Shown piece by piece: positions 12,250 to 22,216 of a stretch of 64,000 nucleotides of DNA. Numbering within the stretch: position 1 is the first letter of the stretch; every line of letters starts with the position of its first letter. The stretch is from positions 19,902,001 through 19,966,000 of the forward strand of contig OX597842.1 of the NCBI GenBank assembly GCA_951406725.2. Reading direction: 5' to 3'. The notes under the pieces are model-generated. The model saw nothing but the letters and a program-made list of their open reading frames with translations, was not told the origin of the DNA and searched no databases. Source of the stretch: Octopus vulgaris. Taxonomy: Eukaryota. Position numbers and translations under genes: made by a program.

Positions 12250-12548
12250 CACTGCAACATAATTTCTTTTCCTCAACAGACCCTGCCCTATTTAATATTG
12301 TCCCGAGGGAGATCAAAGAGGAAAAGGATCCCATCAACTTTAAACGGAGTCTGGATAGATTCCTTCAAAGAATACCAGATAAGCCACCCATAATTGGATA
12401 CAACTCACCCAGCAAGAACTTACTACTTGAACAAAACTTGACTCAAACAGGATTTAGATAATCCTATCAGGTGGTGCTATTAAGTTAGACATGGCCTGGA
12501 CCAATCCTTGGTCGAAACATATCTAAGTTTTATCTAAGTTCTAAGTTT
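12250..12548 (+). mobile_element. LINE 3' fragment (CR1/L2-group)
   Basis: Translates HNFFSSTDPALFNIVPREIKEEKDPINFKRSLDRFLQRIPDKP (FN.lP...FK..LD pattern of LINE ORF2 C-termini); (TCTAAGT)-like tail. Confidence 0.6.
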
Positions 12549-12700
12549 TATATATATATATAATTGCAAACATATAAGGCATGGCCATGATAGGACATCC
12601 GACTCACTAGAAAGAGCAGTTAAACTCCAAACCACTAATAGTTGTAATTCTGAAATGGAAAGAGAGATAAAAGGGTAAACGTTTTGGCGATCTTTCGTCT

Positions 12701-13140
12701 CTAGTAGACATTTCCGTCGATTTCCGTAAAAAATTTTTTTTTTTTTACATATGGGCTTGCGGGAACTTTTGAAGTAATGAGAGCGAAAGAGACTAAGAGA
12801 AAGCGATTGTATGACGAGGGAAGTTCTTTTGAAGTTACCGTGCATGACAAGCATTGATGTACATGTGTGTGTGTGTTTGATGGGTGGGTGGGAGACAGAC
12901 AGTATGTTGTGTAAGTGAAGTGCTTCTGTTAGCGTGTGCGAAGAGACAGAGAGAGTAATGTGTGAAAGAGAGATAACTGAATTTTTTTACTCGGTGGTAT
13001 GTGTATATGTATGTATGCATGTATGTGTGTGTATGTATCTATGTATGTGTGTGTGTATGTATATTACTTCAAAAGTTCCCGCAAGCCCATATGTAAAAAA
13101 AAAGAAGTTTTTTACGGAAATCGACGGAAAGGTCTACTAG
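12701..13140. mobile_element. MITE with ~78-bp inverted repeats
   Basis: CTAGTAGACATTTCCGTCGATTTCCGTAAAAA...GAACTTTTGAAGTAAT (12701-12778) mirrored at 13063-13140; related end at ~22894. Confidence 0.7.
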
Positions 13141-13276
13141 GCGATCTTACCCAAATCTTTTAAGAGCTTAGGGCCTCGACGGCCCTGCCCAACATTGGAA
13201 TTAAAAAACACTTACCCGAGAACAAGTATTCCAGTAACGACGACGTGGCATCTGCTGTCGAAGACTAAAAAGAGTG

Positions 13277-13492
13277 TGTGGTGTGGTGATGAGGGAGTGT
13301 GACAGAGAGTGAGGGAGCGGAAGTGGGTCTTGCAGGTCTCATGCGCCGGCGGAAGAGACACGACGCCAAGACGACAAGACGCTAGCAAGTTGGCTCAAGG
13401 CGAATCCGGCTTCATCTCTACAGGTAAGACCAAATTACACTTCTAATTCTTTTCCTTGTTCTGTTACGCTCCTTTTCACCACATCTATCACA
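13277..13492 (+). repeat. 5' LTR (216 bp)
   Basis: Starts TGTGGTGTGGTGATGAG, ends CACATCTATCACA; last ~130 bp identical to the 3' LTR. Confidence 0.93.
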
Positions 13493-13504
13493 AGCTATTT
13501 CGGC
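13493..13504 (+). promoter_or_regulatory. Atypical primer-binding site complementary to tRNA-Phe nt 1-12
   Basis: AGCTATTTCGGC directly abuts the LTR; reverse complement GCCGAAATAGCT equals the recalled 5' end of metazoan tRNA-Phe(GAA). Confidence 0.75.
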
Positions 13505-13545
13505 AAAATAATCACTCGGTTTCGTGAAAATAAAAAATAAAAATT

Positions 13546-14301
13546 ATGCAGACTGCTATGATTTCACGCGACCCTATAACACCGTTTTGCGGCGACACCG
13601 ACGTGGTCGCTTGGTTGAGGAGGGTGAAGTTGGTGGCGAAGCTACACGGCATAGCTGACCTGGCTAGTTTTATGCCGTTGTATTTGGATGGCCCGGCGTT
13701 GGCGTTATATCTGGAGATGGAGGAAGCGGACCAACGCAGCGCGGACAAGGTGGAGATCCGACTTATGGAGGCCTTCGCGGAAGGAATGTTCGAAGCGTAC
13801 ACTCGACTGGGTAGGATGAGGTGGACAGGACAGCAGGTGGACGTGTTCGCCGGCGAGCTTAGAAGGTTGGCAAAACTTGCGGGATATGAGGGAGAGTCGC
13901 TAGAACGCACGGTCAGGTTAGCGTTCGTGACCGGCTTTCCCGACATCATGTCGGTCGAGCTACAGAAGCTCCCGAACGTGCGGTCGATGCCGATGGCCGA
14001 GATTATATCGCGGGCACGTGTACTGGTGTCGTGCAGCAGGTCGACGTCGGTAGCAGCGACTGCAACGTCGAAAAGTGGCCCAGCTAGGAGCAACGGAGAG
14101 GGGCTGGGGAAAGAACGTGTGCGGTCGTTTAAGGGACAGTGTTTCCGGTGCCAGGGCCCACACATGGTCCGTGACTGCGCGTCGCCCAAGCCCGAGGTGA
14201 TTTGCTACCGGTGCCGAGAGCCGGGGCATGTGGCCAGCGAGTGTCTGCGGGGAAACGGACCGCGGGAGACTACTGCGCCGGTAGTTGTCCCTTTGGATTA
14301 G
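13546..14301 (+). CDS. gag: Gag with two CCHC zinc knuckles
   Basis: 251-aa open ORF; CFRCQGPHMVRDC and CYRCREPGHVASEC. Confidence 0.92.
   Translation: MQTAMISRDPITPFCGDTDVVAWLRRVKLVAKLHGIADLASFMPLYLDGPALALYLEMEEADQRSADKVEIRLMEAFAEGMFEAYTRLGRMRWTGQQVDVFAGELRRLAKLAGYEGESLERTVRLAFVTGFPDIMSVELQKLPNVRSMPMAEIISRARVLVSCSRSTSVAATATSKSGPARSNGEGLGKERVRSFKGQCFRCQGPHMVRDCASPKPEVICYRCREPGHVASECLRGNGPRETTAPVVVPLD
14250..14291 (+). promoter_or_regulatory. -1 programmed ribosomal frameshift signal (gag to pro-pol)
   Basis: G GGA AAC slippery heptamer in gag phase, 7-nt spacer, hairpin GGGAGACTACTG-CGC-CGGTAGTTGTCCC; the protease ORF is in the -1 frame. Confidence 0.8.
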
Positions 14302-14789
14302 TAGCGGCGCGTTTCTCATCGTTACCTGTGGTCGACATTCTGGTGAAGGGGAAGATGTCGCGAGCCCTGGTGGACACGGGCTGTACGACGACCCTGATGA
14401 CCACAGAAGTGGCAGAGACGTGGAGTGGAGGAAGCAGTGTCAGGGCAGTCGACGGAAGAGAAGTGCACTGCGAAGGGGTTACGGATGCGCAGATCGTGGT
14501 GCAGGGACTGCAGCTGACGTTGCGAGCGATTGTGGTCGGTCACTTGGTGGACGAGATCGACGTGGTGATGGGGATGGATGCGATCACCCGTCTGGGAGGT
14601 GTTACCGTCAACGAGGCTGGCGTAACGTTTGGGCTAGCAGGGAAGCCGTGTAGGGCGACACCACGCACCGACGACGACCGTGAGGAAATGGATGCGGCGC
14701 ACACCATTGAAGACCAGGATTTTCGGGCTGTCTTTGATGGCGAGAGGTGGACAGTGGAGTGGCACTGGAAGGGAGAGCCCCGATGTTAA
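14256..14789 (+). CDS. Retroviral-type aspartic protease region (reached by frameshift)
   Basis: ALVDTGC catalytic motif and VVMGMD motif in ORF 14202-14789. Confidence 0.88.
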   Translation, partial: RTAGDYCAGSCPFGLVAARFSSLPVVDILVKGKMSRALVDTGCTTTLMTTEVAETWSGGSSVRAVDGREVHCEGVTDAQIVVQGLQLTLRAIVVGHLVDEIDVVMGMDAITRLGGVTVNEAGVTFGLAGKPCRATPRTDDDREEMDAAHTIEDQDFRAVFDGERWTVEWHWKGEPRC

Positions 14790-17161
14790 AGAACAAAGTG
14801 GGCTGCTATCAGCATACTCTAAAAGGAGATGCCAGAAGTGAGTTCGAGGGGGAGGTGGAGCGGTGGATTAAGGAGGGCATACTGATCCCCTGGGAAAAAG
14901 AAGAGAGCGGAGTCCTGCCACTGATGGCGGTGATACAGCCCACAAAGCGTAAGGTCAGGCCAGTGCTCGACTTCCGAGAGCTGAATGACCACGTGTCGTG
15001 TCATACAGGCGGCGAGGCCACGGATGTCTGCGGAGACACCTTGCGAGAGTGGAGGCAGACGGCGGGGGCCTCCACGATTGTCGATTTGAAGTCGGCATAC
15101 CTTCAGGTTCATGTGGCTGAGAAACTATGGAGGTACCAGCTCGTCAGGTATAGGGGCCGGACGTACTGTCTGACCAGGTTGGGATTCGGGCTGAATTCAG
15201 ATCCGAAGATTATGGCAACAATTCTCAAGGCCGTCCTGGGGAAGGTGGACAGAGTAAAAAGGGCCACCAATTCATACATCGACGACATTCTGGTGGATGA
15301 AACCGTGATACCAGCAACGGAGGTCATAGGCCACCTGAAGAGTTTTGGACTGATCGCCAAGCCGCCAGAGGCTATGGAGGGAGGTGCTGCACTGGGCCTC
15401 AAGCTATGGAGAGACAAAGCCGGCGCCTTGGTGTTCCGGCGAGGGAATGAGATCCCTGAACTGGGCGCCAGCATGAGTAGACGGGAGCTGTTCTCTGTGT
15501 GTGGGAAGCTGGTGGGACACTACCCGATTGCAGGCTGGCTCCGGACAGCATGCAGCTTCATCAAGAGACGAGCCGAAGGAGTGAAGTGGAATGACAAAGT
15601 GGGGGAGAGGACGATCGACATGATGCAGGAAGTCCTGGTCAGAGTAAGAGCAGAGGACCCGGTGAGGGGCAGCTGGTACGTTCCCAAATCAAAGAGCGGG
15701 ATCGTATGGTGTGACGCCAGTAGCATCGCAATAGGGATTGTCTTGGAAGTGGGAGGTGTCACGGTGGAAGATGCAGCCTGGCTCAGGAAGATGGATGACT
15801 GCAGTCACATCAACGTGGCGGAGTTGGAAGCCGTGCTGAAGGGGGTGAACCTAGCCTTGAAGTGGGGGTTGCACACCATAGAAATCAGGACTGATTCAGC
15901 CACTGTACTTGGTTGGGCGATGGCAGTCATCACCGATGAGCGGAGGGTGCGGACCAAAGGGGCTGCAGAGATGCTGGTAAAGCGTCGATTGGGGATACTG
16001 CGTGAACTGACCACTGAGTTCAATCTGAAGCTGAGCGTGATCTTTGTGCCTTCCGAGAAGAACAGGGCAGACGTCCTGACCAGGGTTAAGCGAGCCTGGT
16101 TGCAAGTGCCAGAGGACGCGAAGCAGGATCTAGCTGCAGTATGCCGTCTGAGCGACTCGGAGTTACGGAGACTACACACCATGCATCACATGGGTGTGGA
16201 CAGGACGTTGTTCCTGGCCAGAAAAGTCGACTCCGACGTAACAAGACAGAGCGTGCGGAGAGTGGTTAGCAGTTGCGACAGGTGCCAGTCCATCGACCCT
16301 GCTCCGGTCATGCATGAAGCGGGAAGTATTCCAGTGGACCAGGAATGGAGACGACTGGCGGTGGACATAACACACTACCGGCAGGGGACATACCTCTCAA
16401 TGGTTGACTGCGGACCGGGGCGGTTCGCCATATGGAGGGAGATGAGGTCAGGAACCGCAGAAGAAATTGCGAAAGTGCTGAACGAGATATTCCTGGAACG
16501 AGGCCCCGTGGATGAACTGCTTCTGGACAACGGCACTGCATTTCGCTCGGAGGCGCTGAGAGAAATGCTTGATGAGTGGAAGGTCAACCGCTTCTTCAGG
16601 GCGGCATACCGGCCAAGTGGAAACGGGGTGGTGGAAAGGCATCATCGTACCATCAAGGCCATGGCTGAGAGGGGTCACATTTCACCAGTCGAGGCCGTGT
16701 TTTGGTACAACATGTCGCCCAGATCAGGACACGCCGAGGAGTCGGTGCCACACAGGGCAATATTCAGGTACGAGTGGAGACATCCGTGTACTACATCAAT
16801 GCGACCCGGGGCAGAGGAAGAGCACGCCTTCGTGCAGGTCGGGGAGGAAGTCTGGGTGAAACCCCCGAACGCACGGTGTACATCGCAATGGGGAAAGGGG
16901 ACAATAACCTCCGTAAATTCAAAGAACAACATCTCGGTAGATGGTATGCCACGCCACGTTTTGGACATACGGAGGATTGTCCATGCCCCGGAGGATGGGA
17001 CAAGCAACAGTGGGCAAGACGATAACAACAGACAGGATGACGAGGTCGGCAGCAACACGCCAGAAACAAGTCCTAGGGTCGCACTGCGACTACAGAGGGA
17101 GCGGCACCCTCCTCCCTGGTTGGCTGACTACGAAACCAGTTTCAGGTGCGGGAGCGAGTGA
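14780..17161 (+). CDS. pol: Pol: reverse transcriptase, RNase H, integrase
   Basis: RPVLDFRELN, VDLKSAYLQ, LGFGLN, YIDDI; WCDAS/AELEA/TDS/NRAD; H..HMG..CDRC, LDNGTAF, NGVVERHHRTIK; out of frame with the protease by 1 nt at ~14778-14781. Confidence 0.93.
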   Translation, partial: PMLKNKVGCYQHTLKGDARSEFEGEVERWIKEGILIPWEKEESGVLPLMAVIQPTKRKVRPVLDFRELNDHVSCHTGGEATDVCGDTLREWRQTAGASTIVDLKSAYLQVHVAEKLWRYQLVRYRGRTYCLTRLGFGLNSDPKIMATILKAVLGKVDRVKRATNSYIDDILVDETVIPATEVIGHLKSFGLIAKPPEAMEGGAALGLKLWRDKAGALVFRRGNEIPELGASMSRRELFSVCGKLVGHYPIAGWLRTACSFIKRRAEGVKWNDKVGERTIDMMQEVLVRVRAEDPVRGSWYVPKSKSGIVWCDASSIAIGIVLEVGGVTVEDAAWLRKMDDCSHINVAELEAVLKGVNLALKWGLHTIEIRTDSATVLGWAMAVITDERRVRTKGAAEMLVKRRLGILRELTTEFNLKLSVIFVPSEKNRADVLTRVKRAWLQVPEDAKQDLAAVCRLSDSELRRLHTMHHMGVDRTLFLARKVDSDVTRQSVRRVVSSCDRCQSIDPAPVMHEAGSIPVDQEWRRLAVDITHYRQGTYLSMVDCGPGRFAIWREMRSGTAEEIAKVLNEIFLERGPVDELLLDNGTAFRSEALREMLDEWKVNRFFRAAYRPSGNGVVERHHRTIKAMAERGHISPVEAVFWYNMSPRSGHAEESVPHRAIFRYEWRHPCTTSMRPGAEEEHAFVQVGEEVWVKPPNARCTSQWGKGTITSVNSKNNISVDGMPRHVLDIRRIVHAPEDGTSNSGQDDNNRQDDEVGSNTPETSPRVALRLQRERHPPPWLADYETSFRCGSE

Positions 17162-17197
17162 GGAAGCCGGTTCAGTGATCTATAGATCATGGGGGCG

Positions 17198-17458
17198 TGT
17201 GGTGTGGTGATGAGGGAGGGAGCGGAAGTGGGTCTTGCAGGTCTCGCAGGGTGCATGCGCCGGCGGAAGCGGAAGTCAGCGACAGAACGCACGTGCGGCA
17301 TCGACGAGGGCAGTCAGACTCGAGAACGACGCCAAGACGACAAGACGCTAGCAAGTTGGCTCAAGGCGAATCCGGCTTCATCTCTACAGGTAAGACCAAA
17401 TTACACTTCTAATTCTTTTCCTTGTTCTGTTACGCTCCTTTTCACCACATCTATCACA
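17198..17458 (+). repeat. 3' LTR (261 bp)
   Basis: Same termini as the 5' LTR; longer 5' (U3-like) part. Confidence 0.93.
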
Positions 17459-18003
17459 GAGTGCAAAGTTCTCCACCAATAGAATTAACCACTGCAGCTT
17501 CGACAGTCGGGATGTGTGGGCGAGAGGGTACTATGTTCAAAAATAAACATCATTTGGTCTATTACCGTCTCAATTGATTCTCGTATACATACGTATTATA
17601 CATACGGACCCAAACAAGCCTATATATATATACAGAGGTGGGCAGAGTTAATCTAAAAGTTAACTTCGTTAATTCTTTGGAAAATCAACGGAAGTTACCG
17701 TTAAGGTTTATTGAACAAGAGGCATACCTACAGTTTAATACCCCACCGACTTTGTTGCCTCAAAACTTCCAAGAAGTTCATACCTTTTAACGAAACTTTC
17801 ACCAAAGGCGCATGAGTGGCTGTGTGGTAAGTAGCTTGCTTACCAATCACATGGTTCCGGGTTCATTCCCACTGCTTGACACATTGGGCAAGTGTCTTCC
17901 ACGGGTCGACCAAAGCATTGTGAGTGGATTTGGTAGATAAAAACAGAACAGGCACACACACACACGAACAAGCACGCACACACTATGGAAATTACACGGA
18001 ATC

Positions 18004-19707
18004 GGATCTTTTCCTTTTGAACGGCAGTTTGTAACATAATTTCTAGGTAACTAAAAAGTTTTAAACTTCCTGTACTGGTAGAATGTGTTTATAAAACATC
18101 TTTTTCTCTTGGCTTTATTGAGAAAATTCTATAGTTTGTAAGATATTTGGGATCTTTTCGGTTTGAACGGCAGTTTTTTAAAATAATTTCCACGTAACTA
18201 AACACTTTTAAACTTCGTATACTGGTAGAATGTGTTTATAAAACATCTTTTTCTCTTGGCTTTATTGAGAAAATTCTATACTTTGTAAGATATTTGGGAT
18301 CTTTTCCGTTTGACCGGCAGTTTTTAAAAAATTTCCACGTAATAAACACTTTTAAACTTCGTATACTGGTAGAATGTGTTTATAAAACATCTTTTCTCTT
18401 GGCTTTATTGAGAAAATTTATACTTTGTAAGATATTTGGGATCTTTTTGACCGCAAAAAATAATTTCCACGTAACTAAACACTTTTAAACTTCGTATACT
18501 GGTAGAATGTGTTTATAAAACATCTTTTTCTCTTGGCTTTATTGAGAAAATTCTATAGGTTGTAAGATATTTCGTCTTTAATTTCTTGCATTTCGGCAAT
18601 TTTAACCAATCACTGGCGTCCATTTAGGTAAATAACATTCTGTACATTATGAATATGTCCCTTCTTTATGAAACAGATTGGGTTTATTTACATTTGTGAA
18701 GAAAAAAGATACCCTTCCCCCCACCCCTAACCCTAAATCTAAAATAGATTGAAATGCTAAGTTTTTTATAGCAGTGTCGTATGAAGTTGTCACCCATAAT
18801 TATAACCCTAGTATCGATCTATTGCATTTCAATCTATTTTAGATTTAGAGTTAGGGTTAGGGTTTGGGGTGGAGGAAGGGTATCTTTTTTCTTCACAAAT
18901 GTAAATAAACCCAATCTGTTTCTTAAACGAGGGACATATTCATTATGCACAGAATGTTGTTTACGTCAATGGAGGTAATTGATTGGTTAAAATTGCCGAA
19001 ATGCAGGAAATTTTAGACGAAATATGTTACAATATTTATTACGAAATATGTTACAATGTTTCTTACCTCAATAGACGTCCATTGATTGGTTGAAATTGCG
19101 GAAATTGAAGAAAGAAAAACAACAAATGTCTTACAAACTATAGAATTTTCTCAATAAAGCCAAGAGAAAAAGATGTTTTATAAACACATTCTACCAGTAT
19201 ACGAAGTTTAAAAGTTTTTAGTTACGTGGAAATTATTTTAAAAAACTGCCGGTCAAACGGAAAAGATCCCAAATATCTTACAAACTATAGAATTTTCTCA
19301 ATAAAGCCAAGGGAAAAGATGTTTTATAAACACATTCTACCAGTATACGAAGTTTAAAAGTGTTTAGTTAGTTGGAAATTATTTTAAAAAACTGCCGGTC
19401 AAACAGAAAAGACCCAAATATCTTACAAATCATAGAATTTTCTCAATAAAGCCAAGAGAAAAAGATGTTTTATAAACACATTCTACCAGTATACGAAGTT
19501 TAAAAGTGTTTAGTTACGTGGAAATTATTTTAAAAACTGCCGGTCAAACGGAAAAGATCCCAAATATCTTACAAATCATAGAATTTTCTCAATAAAGCCA
19601 AGAGAAAAAGATGTTTTATAAACACATTCTACCAGTATACGAAGTTTAAAAGTGTTTAGTTACGTGGAAATTATTTTAAAAAGCTGCCGGTCAAACGGAA
19701 AAGATCC
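18004..19707. mobile_element. GGATCTTTTC fold-back element with tandemly amplified ~147-bp termini
   Basis: Four forward terminal units (~18004, 18150, 18297, 18439) and four inverted units (ending ~19269, 19414, 19560, 19707) around an inverted core with CCCTAA/TTAGGG motifs. Confidence 0.8.
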
Positions 19708-20049
19708 CCCCATTTTCCTAAAAGTTGATGGAAAAACTCGGATCTTGTGAATTTTCCCAAGTCCTCTCCCCACCCTCCCGTTGCGTAGCACGCATTTTGT
19801 TCCCTATTCGTTGCCTACACATTGTTTTACATCCATTTGAATATTTTTTTCTTTTTCTTTTTTTTTTTTTTTTGATTTTCTGTTCCGGGTCAACCTATAA
19901 ACATTAACCAACTCCTTTTTAAAAGTTTGATTGTCGAATGTTTTGTCATAAATAGGCAATCTTTTGTAATTACATTCCCAGTTACAAAATTATGCTCCAC
20001 CCACCAAATTTATCTGTTCTAATTTCTGAAAAACAAAACGAAAATAAAA

Positions 20050-20555
20050 AGCCTTCTTCTATCATACTCTCAATTTTGGTCAACTTGCGTCGCAGGGTCT
20101 CGGAGGAGATAGTATTAGTTGAAGCCTACCAAACCTGCCACGCGCAGACAACTTCAGCTTTATATATATACTAGCAGTATCGCCCGGGTTTGTTTCGACC
20201 CTTTAGAATTGGAATTTTTGAAAAGTAAAAAGTTTGCATTATGTAGCTTGTTATTCTCTTTAAGTGAACATTTTTCTGGTTGAAATACACCGAAAAGTGG
20301 CGACACAGCAGTGAAAAAATCGTAAAAAAATAGGGATTTTCATAGAAAAAAAGCACCTTTTTGATGTAAATAATTTTTGGTGTTAACATGGTCCGATTTG
20401 AATTTTTTGAATTTCTGCGGAATGAAGAGCGAGCCTTCTTCTATCATACTCTCAATTTTGGTCAACTTGCGCCGCAGGGTCTCGGAGGAGATGGTGTTAG
20501 TTGAAGCCTACCAAACCTGCCACACACAGAGACAACTTCGGCTTTTTGTATATAG
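20050..20555 (-). mobile_element. Tandem non-autonomous Helitron pieces
   Basis: CTAGCAGTATCGCCCGGG at 20171 matches the Helitron 3' end at 8279; duplicated 5' segments (20050-20170, 20432-20555). Confidence 0.6.
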
Positions 20556-20839
20556 TTGGACTTTTAAACACAACGGCACAAGGGAGACCACTCTGAATCT
20601 TAGCTGCCCTCGCTCTGTGATTTCTTTCATAAGCTAAGAATAGGAACTCGAACCCGCGGCTCTTACCTCGATCACTAAACGGTAAAACAAAGATATTTGT
20701 TCGTTATTTAAAGGAAAATTGCTTTAGATTGATCTTTTGTCTCCTGTCTGAGTAACTATTGAAGAGGCTAGAACATGCGTCTCGACCGAAATCAAAAGGA
20801 ATTGAGAATGAAGTAAAATGCCACAATCAAATACACTTT

Positions 20840-21059
20840 GGTACTACTAGCGAACAGTGAGCCCGGGGCGCGCACTCATGCTAGCTAGTCGATCCTACGA
20901 CTTTTTAAACCTAACCCTAACCTTAGTTTTGTTTATAAAAATCATTTATTTACTCAGTTTGAAGAATTATTTACTTTGTTCGAAAAATATTATTTAATTT
21001 CCTTTGATATGTATTCAGCCTTGAAATACAAACATACGCGCAAGTTCGCTAGTAGTACC
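20840..21059. mobile_element. MITE with GGTACTACTAGCGAAC TIRs (Merlin-like termini)
   Basis: Perfect 16-bp inverted termini; internal CTAGCTAGTCGATCC and CCTAACCCTAACC; no clean TSD. Confidence 0.65.
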
Positions 21060-22039
21060 ATCTTTCTGAACACTTTGTAAATATGTTTGAGTTGACAAAC
21101 TAGGGATTCGTGTAGAACAGTAAACCATTGGTCGAAACATACCACCACTGATACACCTCATTCCCTTTTTATGTTCGAATTTGGCTGCCCTTTCTAATAC
21201 ACCGATCGACCACAGACACTTTGATCTCGCATGGGCCGTAGCAGATACTGTTTACTACAAGAACACTCGTGGGAGAAGGAACGTATGGCTCATGGAAGTG
21301 AGGTAAGGTTTTAGTGATAGCGACTGTACGACATGCAATGGGTTTTGAAGATTTTCCCTGCTTCATTGTAAAAACTTAATTTCTGAGCATCTAACTAGCT
21401 ATTACCTCCTTTCTGTAACTCTGGATAGGGGCCATACCGGGTACTGTCAGCCGGAGCTAGCTGAGCCCGGGACTCGTGTCAGGCAGGGTCGTCACTGCCT
21501 GAAGTAGTGAAGAAAATCGCTACCATAGGCGGTTTAGTGTTTGACTCGGCACTCTTCCGGCAGCTCCTGCAACCAAGCTGGTGCCAAACGTAATGCTCTG
21601 CACTCCTTTGGACTACGTCAGCAAGGTCGAGAGAGGAATCCTGACGATTGGGCTACCCAGGATTTTCTTACATCTAGCCCAGGCCTGCGCAAAACTGGAG
21701 AGGACATGAAATGTAAAAAACCAGACTGGATTAGTTTATGCTCAACTCCCATTGTCTCCCGAGACAAAAGGATGCCAACAACTTCTTCAAGGCATTCCTT
21801 CGATATAACTCGACAAAATCAAAACGTTTCCCTTCGGGTATTTCCGTGGGTTGTGGAGTATAGATATAACGATGGAAGGATGTGATGAGAAAGGTGGGTG
21901 TCAGTAACCCAGCTTAATCATTGACGAAAGGAAAAGATCGTTGCCGGGCCTTATAGGGTGCCGGGTTCGATCCTTTAATCTTTTTATTCGTTTTCTTATG
22001 TGTTTTTGTTTTTAAGTTTTAGTCTAAGGTTAAATTAAT

Positions 22040-22168
22040 TACTTTTTTACTTGTTTCAGTTATTTGACTGCGGCCATGCTGGAGCACCGCCTTTAATCGA
22101 GCAAATCGACTCCTGGACTTATTCGTTTGTAAGCCCAGTACTTATTCTATCTATATATATATATATAA

Positions 22169-22216
<48 letters not shown>

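Larger units (their letters stand above)
13277..17458 (+). mobile_element. Full-length compact Ty3/Gypsy LTR retrotransposon (4182 bp)
   Basis: TG...CA LTRs at 13277-13492 and 17198-17458; GAGTG TSD (13272-13276, 17459-17463); order gag-PR-RT-RH-IN; G-run PPT at 17191-17197. Confidence 0.96.
13195..17547 (+). pseudogene. Decayed mariner-like transposase C-terminus, split by the LTR element
   Basis: LKKHL..KYSSNDDVASAVED before the LTR element and ...GYYVQK* after it, matching the mariner C-terminal pattern; duplicate at 63907-64000. Confidence 0.55.

Noticed and set aside
13505-13545. Canonical TGG primer-binding site or Tf1-like self-priming complement
   Set aside because: No TGG near the LTR end and no clear complement of the post-LTR sequence within the LTR.
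21425-21790. GC-rich segment considered as an HDV-like ribozyme or LINE 5' UTR
   Set aside because: Could not build the nested double pseudoknot by eye and no ORF follows.
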